From: a virus
Length of the DNA: 64,000 nucleotides
Strand: one strand, 5' to 3'
IMG/VR virus record: IMGVR_UViG_3300037140_000126
Coordinates: 32,001 to 96,000 of that record
Under the pieces are notes generated by a model. That model was not told the origin of the DNA. It saw only the letters and a program-made list of their open reading frames with translations, and did no database searches. Shown piece after piece: positions 19,826 to 29,721 of this stretch (position 1 is the first letter of the stretch; each line of letters starts with the position of its first letter). A program made the position numbers and the translations under genes.

Positions 19826-22800
19826 TCAGGGGTACTGTCCGGCAATTCCGCCTTCCCCGTAGCGTCCGCGCTGCTGGTACAGATTGTAAAGTGAATCCTC
19901 GATGCTGTTATTGGCAGAACTGCTGCTTGCTCCTCCGATTAGGCCACTGACGCCGCTAAAATTCCCGCTTGAAATTGCACTCATCACTTGCTGATATTTG
20001 TTGAGCACATCCAAATCGTTTTGATTTTGCTGTTGTTTCATTTGCAGCAATTTCATTTCCATGCCAATGCGGTTCGATGCGATGCTGCTCACTTGTTGTT
20101 CCGTGGAAACCTTTGCTGCGTTCAGTGTAACTGTCGCTTGATTCGTCGCAGATGCACCGACTGAGCCACTTGGAGGAATGACGGTCTCGCCAGATTCAAC
20201 GACGGCTAATCCTGTTTGGGAAATCGCACCACCTGTTTGCAATACCGGGGTAGCCGCTAGAGCCGTAGCTATTTGGGCTATGATTGGACTTACCGCTGTT
20301 ATGCCCGAGAGTGTACTGTGCACTCGTCCCGATGAAGACCCAGTTGTACTTGTGCTGCCCGATCCAAGCAAATTGCCATACAACGCTTGTTGCGCCGTTG
20401 TTGTTTGCCAAGCCGTACCACTTGCGTCAACGTAAGGAGGATTGCCGTTGCCGAATGGATTCGAGCTGCCGACTGGTATGATAGGTCCGCTTGGACCACT
20501 TGAAGGCCCGGAACCAGCAGGCAAGGGTGCCGTCCCCGCAGCAAGACTTGTCCCAGGAGCTTGGCCCGGAACAGAAACACCTGAAAGAGTAGGTGCAGCA
20601 CTTGTTGGAGCTGTGCCGTTTGTAGCTATACTCCCGATTTGCTGCCCATACGCATTGAAAAGATCACCATTGCTGACATCGACATAAATAGGGTTTCCAC
20701 TGCTATCCGTGCCATACATTATTAGGCCAGAAGGTAGCGAGGGTGCGGATGTTGTCGCCGTCCCAGTCGTTGTGGCGGCACTATTTGTGCCAATTCCAGC
20801 AAGCAGTCCAGGGTTATTCTGTAATGCCGAGGCGGCAAACGCCTGCATCTTGGAAGGTATTGCTTGTGCGATATAGCCAGGAACATTTTGGTTGATAATG
20901 TTCTCTGCCATGGCTTGTAAAGCACCTGGACTACCCACCGTCGCCAGCCCAAGTATTGGATTCTTTTGTACAAGTCTCTGTACAACCGTATCAATGTCCG
21001 TTTGTGAATAGTCTACCTGTGGTGTTGCAGGCGCTGTGGCAGTTGATGAACTTGTACCAGTACCAGAAAAAATTACTGGCGGCGTTGTTGAAGCCGGACC
21101 GCTCGGCAGCGTAACGGAGGCCTGTCCCCCTAAACCTGGATATTGCAAGAGGTCTTGCAAAGTCGTTGTCGCACCCGACTGACTTCCAAGCCCAGTAGAT
21201 GAAGCCGTCGAAGGAATAACATTTGTAGGAGTCGTAACTGTCGGCGTGTTGTAATAGCCCGCTGTTGACGGCTGGCCGAATGTGGCTGTCGTTGCGCTTA
21301 CGTTGCCTACTTGCTGTCCTGCGGCGCTGTACAGAACCCCATTTTGATCGACGTAGACAGGATTACTATTGCTGTCTGTTCCATAGAGCGTCAGATTTGG
21401 TTGACCACCAAGAATTGTTGGTGCTGCTGTCAAGTTTGCGGCTTGTTGGGCGGCTGTTAGTGGTGCTGCCGGAAGCAAATTTTCTGCCGGAAGCAAACTT
21501 GTCGCGGTAGCCGCTACAGAAGAATTTAACATGCCAATTTCTGTTTGCATCTGTTGTAACAGTTGTTGTGAACCAGCACTACCGACGGGAATTTGGGCAA
21601 TCAAAGCACTTATTGTAGATAAAGTAGTTTGGGCACTTGCAGTACCGGAATTAAATGCGGCAACAATAGCATTCGTTTGTTTGCCTATACTCTTAAACAA
21701 ATCTTCTAACGCGCCAGCCTGTGAAACGTCCGCAGCAATACCCGGCAAACCGCCGGGAGAAACCACTTGAGATGTGGCTGTCCCAGCAAAAGAAGTCGGC
21801 GTATTATAAACCGCTGTAAGATTTCCAGTTGTGGGATCGGTTAAATAGTAAATTGGGCTAGTGCCCGCCGTTTGCGCGGTTTGAAGAGTAGAAATTCCAC
21901 CGGTAGTTGCTGGCGCTGTTCCTGTTGCGGACCCTCCGCTTGAATAGTCCCATGGCACAGTCGGACTTGAACCCACAGTCGGATATAAAGGTGCTATTGG
22001 ATAGTCCGCGTTTCCGGCCACATATGGCCCAGTCATTGGGCCAATTTGCGGTCCCACCTGCGCGGAAGTAGGACCTGAATAGGGCAGCCCCAAAGCCGAC
22101 ATCAATTGAGGTGTCGTTGTTAGCTGGGAGGCGGGAGTGCTGCGAATCACATTGACAATATTGAGCAACGCCGCGTTCGATGCATTTTGCTGGTCCGTCT
22201 GGCTCATTTGCAGCGTCAGTAATTGTGTTTCAAGGCCGACACGGGTTGTCGCAAGCCCATAGATTTGCTGCTGGGTTTCATACTGGTATTGGGCTGTAGC
22301 AATCTGCATGTTCATCTGGTCCATTTGCAGGTTGTACTGAATTTGCAGTTGCTGTAATTGAGCGGCCTTTGAAGCCGATGCGCTTACTTCGCGGGTTGCC
22401 ACGCCACCCGACATGATGCCCTGTTCTTGTTGGGCGAATTGCTCCATCATTTGCTGGCGCTGTAGGTACAGGTTATTCAGGTTGATGCCATTTTGAATTG
22501 CCGCTTCTTCCGCAGACTGTACTTGCGTTGCTTCGGTGATCGCGTATTGCTGCATCGCGGTCGTTAGATATTGCTGTGCCTGTGTGAGTTGCTGGGTAGA
22601 CTGCGCGGCCTCGGCGAACTGCTTATACTGAGCAAGAATTTGTTCGATGGAACTCATCCATTGTTGGTAGCCAGTCGGCACGACCAGGTTGTTAAGTGTT
22701 TCCTGCATTGTTTGCATGACTTTGTTTTGCTGGTCCTGCAATTGCTGTAGCGTCTGCGCGGCCTGTTGTTGCGCTTGCTGCTTTGCCTGATCTCCGGCAC

Positions 22801-25800
22801 CCTTCTTTCCAGTTGATTGATTATTTATTTGTACGGCGGCCAGCTCTGCCTGCTGAATCGCTTGGTTCAGACCGATAACGCCTTGACTTAAATTCTGTGA
22901 AATACTGTCCAGCTTGTCTACATCGGCTTGAATCTGTTTCATGATTTGCGAGTTCTTCCAACCCGAAATTGCACCCATGATGCCGCCGATTAGTGTACCC
23001 CCAATAGCTCCGATTATGGCTCCCGCTGGTCCAGCCATTCCTCCGATACCCTGGCCTAGAGACTCACCGCTCATAGCGCCACCGACAGCGCCACTGGTCG
23101 CATTCTTGGCGCCCAGTGTGGATTGCAAAAAGCTGCCTACGGCCCCGACCGCGCTCGTCATCGTACCGATAAAACTTGAGACTGCACCGACTCCTTGATC
23201 CTTGCCCCCACCACTTAATAGTTGAAAGAATTTCTGAACGCCGGAAAGCATCCCTCCCGACGATGATGACGTATCGCCATAAACCGACGACATATTTGTG
23301 CCACTGCCAAATCCTGGCCCAAGCGGAATATCACCTGATCCTATAAGCCCACCGACCGCACTTGTCTGTAATAAAGGTGCCGTCGCTCCCGGTGCCGTGC
23401 CTGTGGAAAGTGCGCTAAACCGAGTTGCTAAAGAACCAACAGAATCGCTTAATTGCGTAAATGTTCTTGTCAGCGTGTTTACGACTGTCGAGAGCGCCTG
23501 TATCACACCTGACGGTAGAACGGCTTCACCAGCATGCAGGAACGCGAGTCCAGACTGCGGGACGAACGGCGTCCCGGCTGCGTGGTGTGGGAATTGGCTA
23601 ATGTTGAGAGAACCGTATGGGTCATATTCAGTCGGTCCGGCGTGGCTTTCAAGACCAGTCCATGTCTCTGGAGCATGCCAGTCGCTTTTTCCAGTTAGTT
23701 TCGCTAATAGCCCATCAAGTGCATCTGCCAGACCATGCGAAGCTGACTGGACCTCGTTTAAGCCGCCAGCAGCACCAGTGCTCTGTTTTAACAGGGATTC
23801 AAGTTCTGGAGACTGCGTAATCTTTGGGGCTTTCCCGTAATTCTTTGCAAACGTCTCTCGAAACGAAGCTACCGACTTCATCGTCTGAGCGCCCGCTTGC
23901 AGCCCTTCACCTACTTCCCTAATGCCGCGCATGGGGCCTGCGCTGTAAAGGGAATTTATCGTATTGGCGACTCCTTCGAACAGTCCGGCAATGGGTGTCA
24001 GCAGGTCGCGTGCTTGGATCAAACGCTGATTAAGTTGCTGCTGCTTTTCTTCGGCACCGGCAATGGCGTCAAGAATTTCTTCTTGTGCTTTGCCGCCCTC
24101 CTTCGCCGCAGACAAGGATCGTATCTGCTCATTTATAAATTTCTGAGTTTCCAGTACCTCAGCTTCGATGACGCTGACTTCGGATGCACCTAATAGAGCA
24201 GCACCACGAGGAGTTGCCGCAATCTTTTCCTGCGCGGAACGCATCTTGGAAATTCTGTCGTACTTATTTTGAGCGGACTTGATAGTGATTTCGTCCCGTT
24301 GAAGTTCAAGATCGGAACTCTTTTTGGATGCATCCGCGTTGGCTTCAAATCGTTTTATTTCTAAGGCCGCTATTTCTGAAGTTTTAAGTTCTGTATTCTG
24401 TTCCTCGTCGTTGATCGCATCGTTAGCGTAGATACGCTCTTGCTCGATTTGAGTCTTGCGCTTTTGCAGGTATTCATCGGCGGAAATAAGCCCTTCGTCG
24501 AAATGATTCTTTGTCTCATCTGTTTCTTCCGCGAGGGCATCCGTCTGAATTTTCAGTCTCGCTTGGGCTATCTTGCGGGCGGCGGCTGTTACATCCTTTT
24601 CTGGTTCCCTTGATAGCTGTGACTGCTCACGAGCAGCCGCCGTATTGATATTGGCAACTTGGTCCTCGTAGGTCTTATTGAATTGCTTTTGGTCTTGGCG
24701 ATATTGCTCCCCAGCAAGATTAAGATTGCGTTTAGCGTCAGCGGCCGAATTGGCTGCATCTTGAAGCCCTTTGGCGGCTGCCTCATCTCCTGGCTTTGCC
24801 TGTGACTGAGCTTTGGCTTCATCTAAGGCATCCGCTGCCGCCTTGCTTTGCTTCGTAAAGTCCGCTCCAGCTATGTCTTCTGCATACTTCGATTCCGACA
24901 GCTTTGCATCCAGCTCCTGCTTGGCCTCTAGCAGAGCTGCTTGGCGGTCCTCTTCACGCAACCGTTTCTTTTCGGCAATGTACTGCCCAAACGTCTCTTG
25001 GATGGATGCATAGGCATCTTCGTTGGCGTCTTTTTCGTCCTGCAAATTCTGTTTTGTCTGGTCCAGATGCTCCTTGTCGGCAAGCTCCTGGGTTTTCATT
25101 CTTATCCGGGCCATTTTTATTAAATATGCTGGATCGAGTTCTGCGGTGGGTTCTGCTTCCGCACTTGTACCTCGACCACCTCCTTCTAAGGCTTCTGATG
25201 GAGGCCCGGGAGGTTTTGGTGTGGCAGGAGGTTTTTCCCCACCAAATGTCCTATCCCTTTCTTTGATCCAAGCTTTGTCCGCTTCCTCTTTGCTTGGTCC
25301 TAACAGACTAAATGCAAGTCCCGGATGTTCTTCCCGATGTGCCTGAAGTATAAGAATTCCAGCTATAGCCGCCGTTATGAGATTTGCCTTACTTAGAACA
25401 GCGAGCATTCCCTCCATTGAGAGTGCGCCAAGGGCCACGTCTAGTCTTGTCGTAGCCGCTGTTAATAGGTCCACAGCAACCGCAACCCCAGCTAGTTTTA
25501 AGCCGTCGGTAACTATTTCACCGAATACGTTTGCATGATCGGATATAAAACCTACAGCTTTTGCCACACCACCGAATGCCGACCCAATCATGTCAGCAAA
25601 GCCGTGTGTGGATTCTTCAAACTTGCGAAGCTTCTGTATCCCCTCATCGAGTAAACCTAGAAACGAACGAAAGCCCTCACTCTTGACGAGTTCTAACGCA
25701 AAAGCTTGTCTCGTGCGATTCCATTCTTCACCTAGAACAGTCAACCGATCGGTAAGCGTGGTTGCCGGATCGCCTACCTCTATGAACTTCCTGTGTGTGA

Positions 25801-27136
25801 CATCAAGCAGTTTATTGAATGCCTCTTCACGCATGATGACTTGCGGAAGAATCGCACCATAAGACTGCAACATCAATTCGGCTGGTTGGATTCCTGTAAT
25901 ACGGCCCAGTTGTGCAAACGCCCCGGCTCCTACAGTCCTACCACGACCGATAAAGGCCCGCTGCAAGCTGCTCATTGCTTCTTCGGCGGTGTTGCCCTGT
26001 GCTCTGGCAAGTGCGACAACATCATGGGTCAATTGAACGATTTGGTCGTTCGTAACCCTCATGTTCGACTGCCAAGCGGTATTCACAAAACGCAGAAGAG
26101 GAATGTCCCCCACAAGGTCATGTGTCGCTGTGTGCATCTGGGCCAGGAACTGGGTTGTGTCTGTGCCTTTGATCCTGCCTAGCGCCTCATAGGTAGTCTG
26201 CAAGTGCTGCAACGGCCCAATATTTGTAACGAGTTCAGTAGTAGACTGAATGGCGCTGCGAATCGTGCTGCCTATCATTTCGGCGGCAATAACACCTGTA
26301 AATACACCACCCGCGAGTTCCCGGAAACCTAAGCCACCTACCAAGCTGCGTTCTAACTTTCCAAAGAAACCTTGTTCAACGCCGCCTTGACCGGCTACTC
26401 CACTCATATCACCGGCCAACAGCTTAACCTTGGCTTGCGCCGAATAGAGCCGGTTCAGTGTTGCAATATCGGCGTTATCCAGCTTCTCTTTGATTGCGGT
26501 AGCTTTGATCTGTTCCTGAATCGTGGTTAGAATGCCTTCTTCGACTTCCCTGATTTTTGTTTTGCTTCTTAATTCGCCAGTCGCAATCTGCGCTTGTAGG
26601 CGGGCAGTTTCTTGCGCATAGAGAGGGACAACTTGTTTCGCCTGACGTGCACTTAATAGTTCCGCACGCTGCCGTCTAGTAGCTTCGGCAGCCGTAAGCC
26701 GGGTTTGTCCAGCAATCTGCGAGTTAATCTCACGAGTTTCTTTTTCACTTAGGGTGAGTAGAGCAGCTCTCTGGGAACGCTGGGCTACATTGAGAGGCCC
26801 TATTTTTTGTAGCTCCGCAATTTCCTGCTTCGTGATGGCTAAGTTTTTCTGGCGCAATGCAAGCAGTGCATCATTGCTCAGCTTCTCTTCTTGACTTAAC
26901 TTGACCCGCAAAGCGGTGTATGCGGCTTGTGATTTGCTTGCATCCTGCTGAGCTTGTGCCTGTTTCTTTATGGACTCTAAATTTTGCACAGCTACTTGTT
27001 TCTGTCTTTGATCTTCCTTTAGTAGCCGTTGCTGTATCTCGACAAGCTGGGCCTGGACCTTTTTAATACCCTGAGTAAATTGGGTATCGTCCAGAACCAG
27101 CTTGGCGAGTAGTTTTTTGGTTTCGCTGTCAGCCAT
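19826..27136 (-). CDS. Tail tape measure protein
   Basis: 2436 aa of Ala/Gln/Glu-rich coiled coil after the chaperone pair; LVLDDTQFTQGIKK N-terminus; two GLAxxxxGExVxP motifs. Confidence 0.88.
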   Translation of the reverse strand: MADSETKKLLAKLVLDDTQFTQGIKKVQAQLVEIQQRLLKEDQRQKQVAVQNLESIKKQAQAQQDASKSQAAYTALRVKLSQEEKLSNDALLALRQKNLAITKQEIAELQKIGPLNVAQRSQRAALLTLSEKETREINSQIAGQTRLTAAEATRRQRAELLSARQAKQVVPLYAQETARLQAQIATGELRSKTKIREVEEGILTTIQEQIKATAIKEKLDNADIATLNRLYSAQAKVKLLAGDMSGVAGQGGVEQGFFGKLERSLVGGLGFRELAGGVFTGVIAAEMIGSTIRSAIQSTTELVTNIGPLQHLQTTYEALGRIKGTDTTQFLAQMHTATHDLVGDIPLLRFVNTAWQSNMRVTNDQIVQLTHDVVALARAQGNTAEEAMSSLQRAFIGRGRTVGAGAFAQLGRITGIQPAELMLQSYGAILPQVIMREEAFNKLLDVTHRKFIEVGDPATTLTDRLTVLGEEWNRTRQAFALELVKSEGFRSFLGLLDEGIQKLRKFEESTHGFADMIGSAFGGVAKAVGFISDHANVFGEIVTDGLKLAGVAVAVDLLTAATTRLDVALGALSMEGMLAVLSKANLITAAIAGILILQAHREEHPGLAFSLLGPSKEEADKAWIKERDRTFGGEKPPATPKPPGPPSEALEGGGRGTSAEAEPTAELDPAYLIKMARIRMKTQELADKEHLDQTKQNLQDEKDANEDAYASIQETFGQYIAEKKRLREEDRQAALLEAKQELDAKLSESKYAEDIAGADFTKQSKAAADALDEAKAQSQAKPGDEAAAKGLQDAANSAADAKRNLNLAGEQYRQDQKQFNKTYEDQVANINTAAAREQSQLSREPEKDVTAAARKIAQARLKIQTDALAEETDETKNHFDEGLISADEYLQKRKTQIEQERIYANDAINDEEQNTELKTSEIAALEIKRFEANADASKKSSDLELQRDEITIKSAQNKYDRISKMRSAQEKIAATPRGAALLGASEVSVIEAEVLETQKFINEQIRSLSAAKEGGKAQEEILDAIAGAEEKQQQLNQRLIQARDLLTPIAGLFEGVANTINSLYSAGPMRGIREVGEGLQAGAQTMKSVASFRETFAKNYGKAPKITQSPELESLLKQSTGAAGGLNEVQSASHGLADALDGLLAKLTGKSDWHAPETWTGLESHAGPTEYDPYGSLNISQFPHHAAGTPFVPQSGLAFLHAGEAVLPSGVIQALSTVVNTLTRTFTQLSDSVGSLATRFSALSTGTAPGATAPLLQTSAVGGLIGSGDIPLGPGFGSGTNMSSVYGDTSSSSGGMLSGVQKFFQLLSGGGKDQGVGAVSSFIGTMTSAVGAVGSFLQSTLGAKNATSGAVGGAMSGESLGQGIGGMAGPAGAIIGAIGGTLIGGIMGAISGWKNSQIMKQIQADVDKLDSISQNLSQGVIGLNQAIQQAELAAVQINNQSTGKKGAGDQAKQQAQQQAAQTLQQLQDQQNKVMQTMQETLNNLVVPTGYQQWMSSIEQILAQYKQFAEAAQSTQQLTQAQQYLTTAMQQYAITEATQVQSAEEAAIQNGINLNNLYLQRQQMMEQFAQQEQGIMSGGVATREVSASASKAAQLQQLQIQYNLQMDQMNMQIATAQYQYETQQQIYGLATTRVGLETQLLTLQMSQTDQQNASNAALLNIVNVIRSTPASQLTTTPQLMSALGLPYSGPTSAQVGPQIGPMTGPYVAGNADYPIAPLYPTVGSSPTVPWDYSSGGSATGTAPATTGGISTLQTAQTAGTSPIYYLTDPTTGNLTAVYNTPTSFAGTATSQVVSPGGLPGIAADVSQAGALEDLFKSIGKQTNAIVAAFNSGTASAQTTLSTISALIAQIPVGSAGSQQLLQQMQTEIGMLNSSVAATATSLLPAENLLPAAPLTAAQQAANLTAAPTILGGQPNLTLYGTDSNSNPVYVDQNGVLYSAAGQQVGNVSATTATFGQPSTAGYYNTPTVTTPTNVIPSTASSTGLGSQSGATTTLQDLLQYPGLGGQASVTLPSGPASTTPPVIFSGTGTSSSTATAPATPQVDYSQTDIDTVVQRLVQKNPILGLATVGSPGALQAMAENIINQNVPGYIAQAIPSKMQAFAASALQNNPGLLAGIGTNSAATTTGTATTSAPSLPSGLIMYGTDSSGNPIYVDVSNGDLFNAYGQQIGSIATNGTAPTSAAPTLSGVSVPGQAPGTSLAAGTAPLPAGSGPSSGPSGPIIPVGSSNPFGNGNPPYVDASGTAWQTTTAQQALYGNLLGSGSTSTTGSSSGRVHSTLSGITAVSPIIAQIATALAATPVLQTGGAISQTGLAVVESGETVIPPSGSVGASATNQATVTLNAAKVSTEQQVSSIASNRIGMEMKLLQMKQQQNQNDLDVLNKYQQVMSAISSGNFSGVSGLIGGASSSSANNSIEDSLYNLYQQRGRYGEGGIAGQYP

Positions 27137-27480
27137 TAGCTGTCACCTTCGGTTTCTTTACTTCGTGCTTGTGCACTGTAAGGAACGAACGGCACGTTGA
27201 CGCCCTGCATCTTGAGAAACTTCAAAGCATCATCCCCAGTTACGCCGCGTAAATCGAGTTCACCTTCTTTATTGAAAAATCTACCGGGCATTCCTGTCGG
27301 TAAATTCGGATCGTTGAAGTAGTCGCGTGCCTCTTCTCCGGGACCGACAGCCGCACTACCCCGCTTCGTCTTCTTGTCCATCAAGTAGGAAGTCTCTTGT
27401 GAACGCCAGCCCACGACGGCCAAGTCTGACTTCGTGAAGCGCTCTTCTATTTCAGTTAGTGGCATCTGAAACGTCTCCAC
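27136..27480 (-). CDS. Tail assembly chaperone, gpT-like part (probably made as a frameshift fusion)
   Basis: Its frame stays open upstream to the slippery site at 27561-27567; it abuts the tape measure start. Confidence 0.7.
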   Translation of the reverse strand: METFQMPLTEIEERFTKSDLAVVGWRSQETSYLMDKKTKRGSAAVGPGEEARDYFNDPNLPTGMPGRFFNKEGELDLRGVTGDDALKFLKMQGVNVPFVPYSAQARSKETEGDS

Positions 27481-27497
27481 CCAGCTTGCAGCAGCGG

Positions 27498-28196
27498 CTA
27501 TCTCTGGGTACGCGCTCCCGAAATCGTTGTCAGTCCGCTCGAACCTCGGGAGATTTGCGAGAAAAAATCGCGCAACCGGTTAATTTGAATTTGCGCATTG
27601 ATGATGTTCCATTGCCGGTAGCTGCTGAGATTGTCCTGTACCCATTCCTGTGTGACTTCTTTTTCTTTACCACGAGGATTGAGAATCATCACGACTGCAT
27701 CCGCCATCAGGTCGAAACCCGGATCGAGCGTTTCAAGCAACTGCTTGATTTTAAGCCCGACATCGCCCTCCATCATGTTGAACGCGAGTGCACCGAGATC
27801 GGATGCACGCGGCAGAATCGTCTCTTTGAAGTTCCTGTAGAATTTCTTTTCAACGGATTGTGGAAGTTCCTTGATCGTGAACTTACGGATTGTTTCTGTG
27901 GATGTCTCCGAGGCCCAAGGCACCTCGACATCGAACGTCAGATACTCTTGCGAAAGCAGCAAGCGGATTTCTTCTTGCGAAGGCGGTGTCTGATTCTTCT
28001 TAAACTCCTTAATGACTTCTTGCAGTGCCGCGTCGTTCTCGACCTGCATCTTCAGTTTGAACGCTTCAATGTCGCGGACAAACTTGGCGTCGTAGCGGCC
28101 TTTTACCTCCGTCTCGATTTGCGAGCGAAGATACTCGACCGCCTGCACGTTCTTGACTTCAAACTCACGCGGTTGCACTTCCTGTTCTATGTCCAT
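27498..28196 (-). CDS. Tail assembly chaperone, gpG-like
   Basis: Lies between tail tube and tape measure; has a slippery heptamer near its 3' end. Confidence 0.75.
   Translation of the reverse strand: MDIEQEVQPREFEVKNVQAVEYLRSQIETEVKGRYDAKFVRDIEAFKLKMQVENDAALQEVIKEFKKNQTPPSQEEIRLLLSQEYLTFDVEVPWASETSTETIRKFTIKELPQSVEKKFYRNFKETILPRASDLGALAFNMMEGDVGLKIKQLLETLDPGFDLMADAVVMILNPRGKEKEVTQEWVQDNLSSYRQWNIINAQIQINRLRDFFSQISRGSSGLTTISGARTQR
27561..27567 (-). other. Programmed -1 ribosomal frameshift site (U UUU UUC)
   Basis: GAT TTT TTC in the gpG frame; the -1 frame reads LANLPRFERTDNDFGSAYPEIAAAASW|VETFQMP with no stop into the downstream ORF. Confidence 0.75.
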
Positions 28197-28270
28197 GTTC
28201 GTTTTCCTCTCTCCAGTGTGATTTCATCTCTTTATTCGTGTATCGCATTATCAGCCCCAATTCTCAAGTT

Positions 28271-28319
28271 AAAAGGTCCCCGGCATTCCCTCCCCTAGAA
28301 GCAACACCGGGGACCCTTG
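28271..28319 (-). terminator. Rho-independent terminator after the tail tube gene
   Basis: GGTCCCCGG...CCGGGGACC stem followed by TTTT on the minus strand. Confidence 0.55.
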
Positions 28320-28339
28320 TTTACTGCAAACTATACTAA

Positions 28340-29374
28340 CTAAATTGCAATATCCTGGCCAGGTTTGGCATAATATGCCGTGTAGCCCACCACGGTCTCG
28401 CCGTCGAGCGGATCATCGAAGGCCAATGCCTCCATGACACAATCCAGCTCGTAGCCCGTCAAGTCGGTTGTCCCGACGTTTTCAATCGCCCAAGCCGCTA
28501 CGTCGCGGAACTGATTGATTGAAACGTGCGGGTAGTACAGTGCAATCTGGGCTTGGTCAATCGTGTCGAGTATGAATAACCCGGACCATTCTGTGATGAA
28601 CGTGCCGCCTTCTCTCGCTGCCCAACCAGAAATCAACTGCACGTTCGACCCGGCTGGCGGTGTACCTTGTGGTGTGTTCGCAGGAACGGCAGTTGTGCCC
28701 CCGCCGCCGCCTACAAACGGTGCGTTGAGTGTGAGCACGTTACCATTGACGGCAATGATTCTCGCAACGAAGTCACTTGTCTTACGGATGTAATCCACAT
28801 CTGTGACGGCGTTTGGAAAGACAGGAACACCCGCCTCACCGATAAGCCCGTATGTTCCAAGCGTATAGTCGATATCGGCTACGATGAAGTCCCCAGCCGA
28901 GGCGCTGATCGCCGCCGCGCTAGTGACAGTGATTGACGGTGTAGCGGCCGAATAGCTGACCATTGCTGTCTTAGGGGCTCCTGAAGCAGACAGCGGGCCA
29001 GCGGTAGTTGCTGTTGAGCCATCCAGCAGGTTGATAGGATTAGTGCCCGTTGCGATCTTGAAGGCCATGCGCGACGCTTCGCGGAACTTGAATTCGAACG
29101 ACTCGCCGACTTGCCCTCTGTATTGCGCCCGGACTGCACCGCGATAACCGGAACGTACTTGGCCGATCTTTGATGCAGGCGTGATCTTGAAATCCTTGAT
29201 CCAGCCCAAATCTGTAAAGCCCGCCGGTGGGGAATACGTATTGAACGGACCACCAGTCTGCAAATCCAGCATCGTCGGGCCTACAGAAGTATTGGCGACC
29301 GACGATCCTAAGGCGGCGTTATAGGGCGCAAAGAATGCCCTATATCCGGCCCCGATCATGAGCATGTTCTTAAG
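28340..29374 (-). CDS. Major tail tube protein, exon 2
   Basis: FTDLGWIKD...GYRGAVRAQY...IALYYPHV...MEALAFDD tube-like pattern, just upstream of the chaperones; the ATG at 29365 has no RBS. Confidence 0.8.
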   Translation of the reverse strand, partial: LKNMLMIGAGYRAFFAPYNAALGSSVANTSVGPTMLDLQTGGPFNTYSPPAGFTDLGWIKDFKITPASKIGQVRSGYRGAVRAQYRGQVGESFEFKFREASRMAFKIATGTNPINLLDGSTATTAGPLSASGAPKTAMVSYSAATPSITVTSAAAISASAGDFIVADIDYTLGTYGLIGEAGVPVFPNAVTDVDYIRKTSDFVARIIAVNGNVLTLNAPFVGGGGGTTAVPANTPQGTPPAGSNVQLISGWAAREGGTFITEWSGLFILDTIDQAQIALYYPHVSINQFRDVAAWAIENVGTTDLTGYELDCVMEALAFDDPLDGETVVGYTAYYAKPGQDIAI

Positions 29375-29592
29375 CTTTGTTACAAATCAGGTTTTCTGAT
29401 TTGGGTTGGTCATTTCTGCCAACCTCTTACGGTTCTTATTCCCGTAAGCCCCGACTATTGCATCACCATTCTTGCACTCTCGGTGCCTTCTCGCTTAGTC
29501 TGTCAGCGTCCCTTTAGGGTTCGCCCTCGTTGCCATTCTCAGGGTTCGAGTCAATCAGAGAAGGTTTTACTTCCGCAAGAACGCTACGTGAT
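29375..29592 (-). ncRNA. Group I self-splicing intron (~218 nt; 224 nt if the alternative 3' splice site at 29369 is used), no internal ORF
   Basis: P1 CUUCCGU/GCGGAAG with a terminal U.G pair; P3 CCUUCUC/GAGAAGG; P7 GACUA/UAGUC; P8 CACC/GGUG; three P9-type hairpins; splicing restores the frame. Confidence 0.88.
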
Positions 29593-29628
29593 ACGGAAGG
29601 GCTGAACTAATGCCTTTGAGAGTGCCAT
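29593..29628 (-). CDS. Major tail tube protein, exon 1 (MALSKALVQPFR)
   Basis: Strong RBS TAAGGAG 9-10 nt before ATG 29628; 12 codons ending at the P1 U. Confidence 0.8.
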
Positions 29629-29721
29629 TTTAGTTAAGTCTCCTTATAGTTACGTTTGGGGCCACTTCCGGTAGACTTAACCGAATTGCCCCATGACCAA
29701 CTGTCCTGGCCATCAGCTTAA

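Noticed and set aside
27459-28298. 279-aa plus-strand ORF
   Set aside because: Antisense shadow of the tail chaperone gene; no recognisable motif, and all real genes here are on the minus strand.
29536-29560. GGGTTCGAGTC resembling a tRNA T-arm
   Set aside because: No cloverleaf around it; it is the reverse complement of the intron P4/P5 region. No tRNA was found in the window by eye.
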